The notes below the pieces were generated by a model. It was not told where the DNA came from. It searched no databases and worked only from the letters and a program-made list of their open reading frames with translations. From positions 1 to 14,618 of the forward strand of contig JAWXBZ010000060.1 of assembly GCA_034440375.1 (NCBI GenBank): a stretch of 14,618 nucleotides of DNA. The letters are read 5' to 3'. Positions 1 to 6,882 of this stretch are shown in pieces. A program made the translations under genes and the position numbers. The DNA comes from Candidatus Eiseniibacteriota bacterium. GTDB taxonomy: Bacteria; Eisenbacteria; RBG-16-71-46; JABDJR01; JAWXBZ01. How positions within the stretch are numbered: position 1 is the stretch's first letter; each line of letters begins with the position of its first letter.

Positions 1-98
1 ATGAGTGTTCACCTTCCCCGGAATCGCTGTTCAGCTTCCGCCGGAATGGGTGTTCACCTTGCTCCGGAATCGGTGTTCAGCTTGGTCCGGAATACGCA
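1..98. mobile_element. Terminal region of an IS21-family insertion sequence; the element body extends left beyond the window
   Basis: Four tandem 22-23 bp units TGTTCA(C/G)CTT-N3/4-CGGAAT start at 6, 28, 51 and 74 and end in ...CCGGAATACGCA at 98, i.e. a 5'-TGCGTATTCCGG terminus on the minus strand. Multiple internal repeats plus a TG terminus are typical of IS21 ends. istA/istB are not in the window. Confidence 0.8.
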
Positions 99-398
99 CG
101 CACGAACGATCGCGAGTGATTCCGTTTCCCCTGAACCCAGACCCGAACGTGGGCAGGCCGCCGTGAATTCTGCTAATTCTTGGACCGAAGCCTGCTCTCG
201 TTGGAGATCGCCTCGTTCGAACATTGGCGTCAGATTAATCGGAATTCTCGTTCCATCCGGTTTCTTGAAGTAGACAGCTTCCCGAATAACTTCACCGGTC
301 ACGGCCAACGGAAGTCCCTCAGCGAGCATTGTGAACCACCCCTGCTCATGGCCATAGATGACCACCATCGCGTCAACCAACGTGACCGAGTTGTTCAC
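99..398 (-). pseudogene. PIN-domain (VapC-like) putative toxin, interrupted after 100 codons by the IS end
   Basis: Motifs TLVDAMVVI, VTGEVIREA and LGSGETESLAI match the acidic PIN pattern (D...E...GExE). The GTG start overlaps the 3' end of the upstream peptidase gene. After AIVRA the frame runs into IS sequence (CVFRTKLN...), so the final conserved T/S-x-D motif is missing. Confidence 0.7.
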
Positions 399-1533
399 TC
401 AGGGCCTCACCGGCACGATACGGAGCCACCCACTCATCGATCTCAGGCAGGGGGACGTCGATCAATTCGGAAAGCCTCGCCCGAGAGACTAGGCCGGCGA
501 GAAACGCCGTCGCAGCCAAAGCCTTGAATCGTCGTGGCTCGACCGGGGGATGGTCCGCATTCCAGCGCACTTCCTCATTCTGCTGGCGCACATTGGGATC
601 GGCGTACAATTCTGCTGGCGCGCTCTTCCCGAGTTTCCCCAGATTGCCCAGGCGAAACAGCATGGCCTGGGTCGACACACCGAAACTGACAGCCAGGTGA
701 ATGACAGCGGTTCCCGTGAGGGATTTCGCGCGAGGGTGCTCATCGGCGATCCGTTCCTCAATCGCATCACGGGGCATCAGGAATTCGGCGGCGAATTGAT
801 CCGCCAGGGATTCCTCCCGTGGCTTTCCGCCGGGCTCGGCACTGCAGGCATGCGCCCATGCTACATGCGGGCGGGTGCCCCCCTCGTTGACCAGAAGATG
901 GAAGAATTCGTGCGCGAGGGTGAATACCCGTCGAGACTGGGGATGCACTCGGTTCAAGAAAATGGCGCGGCCGTGGCTCCCAATAAGGGACGCCCCGGAC
1001 AGAGACCACTCGGCATCGAAGCTGAGAATTTTGACTCCCACTCGCTCCTCAAGCGCTTCGAGCATCGACCAGGCCGGCGTCGCACCCAGGTCCAATCGCT
1101 TCCTCTCCTCCGAAGCGAGGCGCCACGCGTCCTCATACGAGACGGGGGGACGATTCAGGGGGCGAAGATCCGGGGAACGGACCTGCTCCAGCTGCTCTTC
1201 AAGCCACCGAAACTCACGGCAGAGATTCTGGAATTGACTTAGGGCCAGATTGACCTCGGGTCCGACAGAATCCGCGCGCAGGAGAACCAGCTCTTCCTCA
1301 GGCGGGGCCGCCTCGGGTGCAAGGAGCGAATCGACCGGGAGGCTGTAGAGCCTAGCCAGGCCAAAGAGCTCACCAGCGGACACGGCCCGTTTGCCGTGCT
1401 CAATCTCCGATATAGCCTGACGCGGAATTTCAACTTGCTGTGCCACATAGTCTTGCGTCAGTGAGAGGCGTTCCCGAACCTCGCGCAGTCGTTTCCCCAG
1501 CGTAATCTCAAGGGACTCTTTGCTTTGGCTCAT
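373..1533 (-). CDS. XRE-family HTH fused to an ImmA/IrrE-family zinc metallopeptidase (386 aa)
   Basis: N-terminal HTH_3 (LGKRLREVRERLSLTQDYVA...AISEIEHGKR), RRVFTLAHEFFH (HExxH) and EESLADQFAAEFLMP motifs. The ATG at 1533 has a GGAGGT Shine-Dalgarno, so it is preferred over the ORF-track start at 1584. Confidence 0.93.
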   Translation of the reverse strand: MSQSKESLEITLGKRLREVRERLSLTQDYVAQQVEIPRQAISEIEHGKRAVSAGELFGLARLYSLPVDSLLAPEAAPPEEELVLLRADSVGPEVNLALSQFQNLCREFRWLEEQLEQVRSPDLRPLNRPPVSYEDAWRLASEERKRLDLGATPAWSMLEALEERVGVKILSFDAEWSLSGASLIGSHGRAIFLNRVHPQSRRVFTLAHEFFHLLVNEGGTRPHVAWAHACSAEPGGKPREESLADQFAAEFLMPRDAIEERIADEHPRAKSLTGTAVIHLAVSFGVSTQAMLFRLGNLGKLGKSAPAELYADPNVRQQNEEVRWNADHPPVEPRRFKALAATAFLAGLVSRARLSELIDVPLPEIDEWVAPYRAGEALSEQLGHVG

Positions 1534-1544
1534 AGGACCTCCGT

Positions 1545-1610
1545 TTTTGCCTGATATTCCGACATGATTGTTAATCATCGCCACATTTTGTCAGATTACA
1601 AGACATAATT
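1545..1610. promoter_or_regulatory. Pair of putative XRE operator sites (TGYC-N9-GACA) upstream of the XRE-ImmA gene
   Basis: Imperfect direct repeats TTTTGCCTGATATTCCGACATGATT (1545-1569) and TTTTGTCAGATTACAAGACATAATT (1586-1610), 17/25 identical and 41 bp apart. Each has internal dyad symmetry and lies in an AT-rich intergenic stretch. Confidence 0.5.
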
Positions 1611-1667
1611 TGAGGAGCATGGCTGTCCTGAATTGCGGGCCCTCCAACTGAGACCCTCCGCCGCCGG

Positions 1668-1751
1668 GTGCGAATACCGCATCGTCATCAGAGTCGTCGA
1701 GTGACCGAGCAGTTTGCTGACCGTAACGATGTCCACCTCGCGTGTCACCAA
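1668..1751 (-). pseudogene. Tyrosine recombinase/integrase C-terminal remnant
   Basis: Translation LVTREVDIVTVSKLLGHSTTLMTMRYSH matches the LLGH...T.xY.H catalytic end of tyrosine recombinases. The upstream HxLRH box and the rest of the protein are absent. Confidence 0.72.
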
Positions 1752-1846
1752 CCCGTCACGGTTTTGGGGGCGCTTTGGGAATTCGTGGGGCGAAAAAGTC
1801 GGAGGCAGTGTAGAGGCGGGATTCAAGCCTGTGCCGACCTCGGCGC

Positions 1847-2155
1847 TTAGGGCTGGTCGGGTCCTCCAAGAAGCGCCGCGATATCCCGGTATCCGCTTAG
1901 GACGCGGAGAACCTGAAGCGGCTTCGTCTCGGCTCGGTAGACGACAAGGTAGGAGTAAACCGGCCAGAAGCGAACAGACCTCGCCATGAGGTCTTCCCGA
2001 ACGTGTCCCATTGCAGGATTCATTGCGAGCGCGTCGAAGGTCGAAGCGAAGCGCTCGCCGACCCGCTCGGCGGCCCCGGGCTTGTCTTCCGCGATGTAAC
2101 CGAGAATTTCTTCGAGGTCCGCAAGAGCCGGTTTGGTGAGGAGATACCGGCTCAC
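1847..2155 (-). CDS. parE: RelE/ParE-family type II toxin (102 aa)
   Basis: (M)SRYLLTKPALADLEEILGYIAEDKPGAAERV...NPAMGHVREDL...YLVVYR...LQVLRVLSGYRDI is a typical ParE sequence. The GTG start overlaps the antitoxin stop (GTGA, 2152-2155). Confidence 0.9.
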   Translation of the reverse strand: MSRYLLTKPALADLEEILGYIAEDKPGAAERVGERFASTFDALAMNPAMGHVREDLMARSVRFWPVYSYLVVYRAETKPLQVLRVLSGYRDIAALLGGPDQP

Positions 2156-2427
2156 GCGCTTTTCTTCTTCGCCTTCGCCTTCTTCGTCGTGCGCGCGAGC
2201 AGGGCTTTCATCGCGGCGGAGCCGTCGACAAATTCTCCGCGTTCCGCTGCAGTCCATCCGACTTCGACCTTCTCTCGAAACTCCTGCAGGCGGGCCTCCT
2301 TGAGCCTTTCCTGCTCCTCGAGGAGGCGGAGGCCCTCTCGGACAACCTCGCTGGCCGACGTGTAGAGGCCAGAGGCCACCTTCTTCTGGACAAACTTTTC
2401 AAGCTGCTGTGTGAGTGAGACGTTCAT
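2152..2427 (-). CDS. parD: ParD-family (ribbon-helix-helix, CC2985-like) antitoxin (91 aa)
   Basis: MNVSLTQQLEKFVQKKVASGLYTSASEVVREGLRLLEE is the characteristic N-terminus. It lies directly upstream of and is coupled to parE. The ORF-track extension to 2751 runs through the tRNA fragment and is spurious. Confidence 0.92.
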   Translation of the reverse strand: MNVSLTQQLEKFVQKKVASGLYTSASEVVREGLRLLEEQERLKEARLQEFREKVEVGWTAAERGEFVDGSAAMKALLARTTKKAKAKKKSA

Positions 2428-2433
2428 GGGATG

Positions 2434-2462
2434 AGGGTACATCCTATGTCGAGGATTGTCAA
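2434..2462 (-). promoter_or_regulatory. Sigma70-type promoter of parDE, probably leaderless
   Basis: Minus strand reads TTGACA (2462-2457), 17 nt, TACCCT (2439-2434), 6 nt, ATG (2427). There is no Shine-Dalgarno. The spacer contains the dyad ATCCT-N6-AGGAT. Confidence 0.6.
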
Positions 2463-2664
2463 AGTCTGTTATCGGCTCCTCTCGGATCGGTGTCTCGTCC
2501 ATCGTGATCACTGAGCCCTGATCACGAGTCACCACTTGGGACCGGCAGCGACTCTCTCTGAACCTGATGTCACCGACCACTATCTTCACAGCACCAGGCG
2601 TCGGAGGGATTAACTTGATGCTGCGGCCTTGTGATGTGTTCGTTGATTTCATGTGCACTTGTGC

Positions 2665-2720
2665 TGGTGCCGGGGCCGGGAATTGAACCCGGACGACCTT
2701 TCGGTCAGCGGATTTTAAGT
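2665..2720 (-). repeat. Displaced 3' half of tRNA-Leu(TAA), an att-site duplicate ending in CCA
   Basis: Minus strand: A CTTAAAA TCCGC TGACCGAAAGGTCGT CCGGG TTCAATT CCCGG CCCCGGC ACCA, i.e. anticodon loop, 3' anticodon stem, variable arm, T arm, acceptor 3' strand and CCA. There is no D arm or 5' acceptor strand upstream. Confidence 0.9.
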
Positions 2721-2961
2721 GCCGTTTGCACGCGAGGCGCTGGCCCCGCAACTCGCATCACAACAATTGCTTGCAGCGGAGCAACCAGAGATAAGAACTG
2801 CACGGTGTCCGGATGGTGTCCATGAATAACCGCGAAGAATTCCGCCGGACAGCACAAGTACAACTACCCGCGATGAAGTCTTGAACTCCGGTATTTTGCA
2901 TGTGAGCGGAGGCGCACATTACCAGGGCGGGGCTCGAAACGAAGTGATAACTGTGAGCGAT

Positions 2962-3174
2962 CTACAGGTCCTCAGGTTTCAAACCGGTGTGCTTGGCAAT
3001 TCGCGAGAGCATCCTCGGCCCGATCTCATCACGATCGTGGAAGGCGAAGACGACGTCTGCCCACCCCGATCGCTCGAGCGTGCGGTGTGAGCCGGTCTGT
3101 CGCTTGATCGTCCAACCAATGCGCTCGAGCGCACTCAGGACAAGTCGTGCCCGGGTACTCGGCCAGGTGCTCAC
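2962..3174 (-). CDS. hicA: HicA-family toxin (mRNA interferase), 70 aa
   Basis: LSALERIGWTIKRQTGSHRTL...FAFHDRDEIGPRMLSRIAKHTGL contains the GSH motif. GTGA overlap with hicB at 3171-3174. Confidence 0.9.
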   Translation of the reverse strand: MSTWPSTRARLVLSALERIGWTIKRQTGSHRTLERSGWADVVFAFHDRDEIGPRMLSRIAKHTGLKPEDL

Positions 3175-3377
3175 GCGGCTCGGAAGGCAATATCCGCCAG
3201 CTCAGGACCGGTCTCGCCCAGTTCCAGTCGTTCGGCCACAGCACGAAGCGCGAGAGCTTTCGCCCTGGCAATCGCCTCGTCAGCGGTAGCGCCGTAGGCT
3301 AGCGCGCCGGGCAGCTCGACGACCTCTGCGATCCACCGCCCATCCGCTTCCAATTCAACCTCGACGCTAAAAGTCAT
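3171..3377 (-). CDS. hicB: Short HicB-family antitoxin without a DNA-binding domain, 68 aa
   Basis: VELEADGRWIAEVVELPGALAYGATADEAIARAKALAL is the HicB partial RNase H fold signature. It lies upstream of hicA (hicBA order). Confidence 0.9.
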   Translation of the reverse strand: MTFSVEVELEADGRWIAEVVELPGALAYGATADEAIARAKALALRAVAERLELGETGPELADIAFRAA

Positions 3378-3416
3378 TCTGGTGCATTCCTTTCCCGTTT
3401 GCGCGAGTGTCCTGTG

Positions 3417-3440
3417 TCACGAATAGATGTCGTCCTTCAT
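3417..3440 (-). pseudogene. Possible 5' stub (MKDDIYS*) of a deleted HEPN partner gene
   Basis: ATGA overlap with the MNT stop codon at 3437-3440, where the HEPN gene normally starts. It is only 7 codons long, so the call rests on position alone. Confidence 0.3.
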
Positions 3441-3760
3441 GCCGCCAGTGCTTCCCGGCGCGCATTCAGGATGAACCAGGTCTCGCTGTTCGACCAATCC
3501 GCCTCGCTCACAAACACTCGGCTTACACTCACCCGATGATCCAGAGACAGGCCAGAGACCAGATGGCCCGTCCGGTCGATCTCGGCCCCGTAGCTCTCGA
3601 TGGCGTCGAGCACGACCAGGACATCGAGATCGGATTCGTCGTCGGCCTCTCCGCGCGCGTATGAGCCGTAGAGGTAGACCCCTCTCAGGCGTCCGGCGTA
3701 AATTGCCTCAAGCCCTTTCCTCAGCCCTCCCAGGAGACCGGCAAGATCATGATTTACCAT
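3437..3760 (-). CDS. Minimal nucleotidyltransferase (MNT/MntA-like antitoxin), 107 aa
   Basis: Contains the VYLYGSYARGEADDESDLDVLVVL (GS-x10-DxD) pol-beta-type motif. Shine-Dalgarno-like GAGGGTGG upstream. Confidence 0.88.
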   Translation of the reverse strand: MVNHDLAGLLGGLRKGLEAIYAGRLRGVYLYGSYARGEADDESDLDVLVVLDAIESYGAEIDRTGHLVSGLSLDHRVSVSRVFVSEADWSNSETWFILNARREALAA

Positions 3761-3761
3761 G

Positions 3762-3824
3762 TCACCACCCTCTTTGATTACGACAACCGCCGACTTCTCC
3801 CAGCGTTACGGAATCAAGCGGCAT
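3762..3824 (-). pseudogene. 5' stub of a deleted HEPN gene (MPLDSVTLGEV then unrelated sequence)
   Basis: It starts inside the MNT 3' end (ATGCCGCTTGA) exactly as the HEPN at 10612 does (ATGCCGCCTGA). MPLDSVTLGEV aligns with MPPDPGTLGEA; similarity is lost after ~11 codons and a stop follows codon 20. Confidence 0.7.
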
Positions 3825-4161
3825 AGAGCAGATTTCCCTCGCGGAGAATCGCCGCCGGAAGCGATGATCGGATGTGCTTTCGGCATTCGAAGGAGGACCT
3901 CCTCAGGACAAGGATGTCCGCAGCCGTGCCCGTTCCTCGCAGCGCGGTATAGGCCAACCGGCTCCGCACCCGCTCAGGCGATGCGTCGTCCGGGACGACG
4001 AGCAGCAGGTCGTAGTCGCTGTCGGGACCGGCGTCCCCGCGCGCTATCGATCCGAATAGGTAAACCCGCTCAGGAGAATAGGCCCTTACCAGGCGATCAA
4101 CGATTTCCGCCAACTTTGCGTCTTTGCCCGGCGCAGTGCCGTCGATCTCAGGCTGCGTCAT
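3814..4161 (-). CDS. Minimal nucleotidyltransferase (MNT antitoxin), 115 aa
   Basis: VYLFGSIARGDAGPDSDYDLLLVV motif and C-terminal ILREGNLLY. Paralogue of 10602-10949 (68/115 identical by manual ungapped count). Confidence 0.9.
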   Translation of the reverse strand: MTQPEIDGTAPGKDAKLAEIVDRLVRAYSPERVYLFGSIARGDAGPDSDYDLLLVVPDDASPERVRSRLAYTALRGTGTAADILVLRRSSFECRKHIRSSLPAAILREGNLLYAA

Positions 4162-4308
4162 GTATCACACGTCCAGATTTGTTCGGGGTGTAAGCATCCA
4201 GACGCCAATCGCACGCTAAACCATTGTCTATTTGGAACTTCGATGCTCCAAGGCTCAATTGTACTCCACAAGCTGATCTGCCGTCATCCTTTGAAAGCAG
4301 CTGGACTG

Positions 4309-6852
4309 TTAATCGGGGTCTGTCAAGTCGGCATTATTGGACACGGGTCCGTCCCCGATCCACTCCAAGGTCACTTCTTGACGCCCGGGATTGCTGAAAG
4401 GCCAAACATGCGGGACATAGCCGATCCCACGGTACGTCCGGAGTCGCTTCTCATGCATCCGGGCCAACATCGGCACGGCGCGGTCGACGTAGTCGACAAT
4501 GTAGACTTGGGTCTTGGTTGGATGGATTCGATGAAGCCGTCCCGCGTACTGCACGACGGTCCCCTTCCAGGAGATGGGAAGAGCCAGGAACAGGGTATCG
4601 AGGCGGGCGTCGTCAAAGCCTTCCCCGATGTAACGACCCGTAGCGAGGACAAGCCGTTCCTCGTCACCGGGTATTTGGTCGAGGCGTTCGATGAGATCCC
4701 GGCGCGCCTTCGGCGTAGCGCCACCCGTAAAGACCACGAGATTTCGAACCGCGGGCCTCAAGCGATCGGCCAGCCACTCGAGATGCTCTCTCCGTTCACT
4801 CAGGACCAGCGGAGATCGGCCGCATTCGACCGCCGCGAGCACATCGTCGAGGATGAGACTGTTTCGAGCCTCGTCAGTAGCCAGGGCGCCATAGATCTCT
4901 TGGATTCTCGGATTGCGTTGGTCATGCGCCACCTGAAAACCGGTCTCCCGGACCACGAGACCGTATGCGTGACCCGTCGAGGAGTTGGACTCTGCGGCCT
5001 TGATCGTGTGGCGCACGGGACCGAGCTGCATCTCGATAATCGGATGGTGCCCATCCCGCCGCTGCGGCGTTGCTGTCAGACCGACCAGATACCGAGCCTT
5101 CACGGCGTTCAGGACCCGCTCAAACGACACCGCCGGCACGTGATGGCATTCATCCACGATCACCTGTCCGTAGCCACCGACGAGGTCGTTGACCTCATCG
5201 GAACGCACCAGGCTCTGGAGCATTGCCACGTCGAGGCGACCGTTGGGCTTCCGCCGGCCGGCGCCAATCTGCCCGATCGCCTTCGAATCAATACCCAGGA
5301 ACATGGCAAGCTGCGCGACCCATTGATCGAGGAGCGGCTGCCGGTGGACCAGGATCAGCGTTCCGCACTGCCGTTGAGCCACGAGGTAGGTGCCAAGGAC
5401 GGTCTTGCCACTTCCCGGAGGTGCCACCAGAAGCCCGAGATCAAATGGGAGCAGGGCGTCGACGGCCGTCCGCTGTGCGCGGGCGAGTTCGCCCTTGAAC
5501 TTGAGATCGAGGGGGACCCCGGCCGAGCGCTCATCGTGGATGGACATCGAGATCCCGTGTTCCTTGAATAATTCGTCCAGGTGATCGAGGCAGCCCCGGG
5601 GAAGCGAGACGAAATCCGGAGAATCCTCGGCACAGGAGATGACCCGCGGCGTCAGGGCCGTGGAGAGTCGCAGATTTTGCTTCTTGTAGAATTCGGGGTT
5701 CTGAAACGCAGCCAGGCGCTTGATCTGGTTGATCAGAGCCGGAGGTATTCCGATTTTTTCGACCAGAAGGCGCGGCCCGAGGATGACCCGGACCGTGGGC
5801 GGAAGGACCCCCGGGATTGAGCCGGGCCTGACCGGTCGGCCCCCTGTGCTCAAATTAGCCGGGACATCCTCTTCGACGGCTCCGACAAACGTTGTTCCAA
5901 TCACACCCCCGTGGCCGGCCGCTTCGCCGACAAGGGCTTCCACCCTCTCGGGCGACAGGCGCTCAAGGCCGGCCAGGAACTGCCATTGATCCGAATGCGG
6001 TTGGAACAGGTCATCGACGAAAAGTGAATTCCCGTCCTTCCTCGCCTCCAACTGGAGCGGTAATGCAATGAGGTTCCCAAATCCGCCTCGCGGCATGGAA
6101 TCCTGATTCGGAAACAGGCGATCATAGGAGTCCATGCCCAGTTCGGGTCGAGCCGACATCGTCTCCGTGATCAGGGCACAGCCCATCGCCCGTGCGGTGC
6201 GCGCCGAAACCGGTGCCGTGAAGAAAAACCAAACGTGAGCACCTTGCCCGGACCGCGATCGCTCGACGGCCGGCGATAGGCCCTTCAGGCGGCAGGTCGC
6301 CGTCAATGCTGCGACATCCTCTCGCCAGGACGACTTGTCAAAGTCCATGGCCAGGAACCAGCAGGTTTCGTCGACCAGCATCGGGTAGATACCCAGCACG
6401 TGCTGCCCCATGAGGTGGGCCCGGATGGCCTCGTCGTCCGGCGGCAGAAAGGCCTGATTGGCGCACTCGCCGCATTTGACGCGGGGAAGCTCACAGAGGC
6501 CCTTGACCCACTTGTTGCCACAGGCGGGTGCGTATCCAGCCTTGCCCGTCTTCGTACTGACGAAGCGCGTCGCGTAAATGCCTCCGCGGCCACGGAACAG
6601 GCGGCGGAAGAGGGCAATTCGACCTTCAGCCGTGGCGATTTCAGGTTGTTGGAGCCTCTGCTCAGCGGCTTGGTGCACTTCGAAGGTGATATCGAATTCG
6701 TGAAGCTCTCGGCGCAGAGCTTTGAGTCGCTGTTCAGCCGCGCCTTGCTCGAGCACGAGATCGGCGAGACGCGATTCCTCCCGCTCGATCAGTCCGAGTA
6801 GGCGGTCTCTCCTTACCGCGTCACCCACGCTCACGGCCGCCACTTTCGCCAA
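4309..6852 (-). CDS. AEP primase-like domain (TOTE-conflict-system type) fused to an SF2 DExH/ResIII-like helicase, 847 aa
   Basis: N-terminal coiled coil, then a Cys cluster C-x8-C-x6-C-x2-C. AEP-like motifs CWFLAMDFD, ERSRSGQGAHVWFFF, DRLFPNQD and GNLIALPLQ. Helicase motifs APPGSGKT, DECHH, LTATP, GEGFD and QYAGRLHR. The TTG start is uncertain. Confidence 0.88.
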   Translation of the reverse strand: MAKVAAVSVGDAVRRDRLLGLIEREESRLADLVLEQGAAEQRLKALRRELHEFDITFEVHQAAEQRLQQPEIATAEGRIALFRRLFRGRGGIYATRFVSTKTGKAGYAPACGNKWVKGLCELPRVKCGECANQAFLPPDDEAIRAHLMGQHVLGIYPMLVDETCWFLAMDFDKSSWREDVAALTATCRLKGLSPAVERSRSGQGAHVWFFFTAPVSARTARAMGCALITETMSARPELGMDSYDRLFPNQDSMPRGGFGNLIALPLQLEARKDGNSLFVDDLFQPHSDQWQFLAGLERLSPERVEALVGEAAGHGGVIGTTFVGAVEEDVPANLSTGGRPVRPGSIPGVLPPTVRVILGPRLLVEKIGIPPALINQIKRLAAFQNPEFYKKQNLRLSTALTPRVISCAEDSPDFVSLPRGCLDHLDELFKEHGISMSIHDERSAGVPLDLKFKGELARAQRTAVDALLPFDLGLLVAPPGSGKTVLGTYLVAQRQCGTLILVHRQPLLDQWVAQLAMFLGIDSKAIGQIGAGRRKPNGRLDVAMLQSLVRSDEVNDLVGGYGQVIVDECHHVPAVSFERVLNAVKARYLVGLTATPQRRDGHHPIIEMQLGPVRHTIKAAESNSSTGHAYGLVVRETGFQVAHDQRNPRIQEIYGALATDEARNSLILDDVLAAVECGRSPLVLSERREHLEWLADRLRPAVRNLVVFTGGATPKARRDLIERLDQIPGDEERLVLATGRYIGEGFDDARLDTLFLALPISWKGTVVQYAGRLHRIHPTKTQVYIVDYVDRAVPMLARMHEKRLRTYRGIGYVPHVWPFSNPGRQEVTLEWIGDGPVSNNADLTDPD

Positions 6853-6882
6853 GGGGATAAGTCGCGCCGTGGAGCCACCGGA

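Noticed and set aside
1-98. Tandem 22-23 bp repeats as a CRISPR array or iterons
   Set aside because: The units are directly adjacent with no unique spacers, there are no cas or rep genes, and they end in a TG/CA IS-type terminus that interrupts a gene.
1810-1840. GTAG-led imperfect hairpin resembling a REP element
   Set aside because: The palindrome is poor, it is single-copy in the window, and there is no RAYT/TnpA gene.
2428-2751. N-terminal extension of ParD (199-aa ORF)
   Set aside because: It runs through the promoter and the tRNA fragment. The family-typical start is MNVSL at 2427.
2665-2760. A second complete tRNA-Leu gene
   Set aside because: Upstream of the anticodon loop there is no matching 5' anticodon strand, D arm or 5' acceptor strand, so only the 3' half is present.
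4243-5571. Long plus-strand ORF (442 aa) and similar antisense ORFs (e.g. 550-1242, 8128-8832, 12715-13863)
   Set aside because: These are shadow ORFs opposite well-supported genes in GC-rich DNA and carry no recognisable motifs.
4309-6852. Primase-helicase as the replication module of a phage satellite or plasmid
   Set aside because: The helicase is SF2 (DECH) rather than the SF3/D5 or SF4 type used by such replicons, and no packaging, AlpA or origin iterons are seen.
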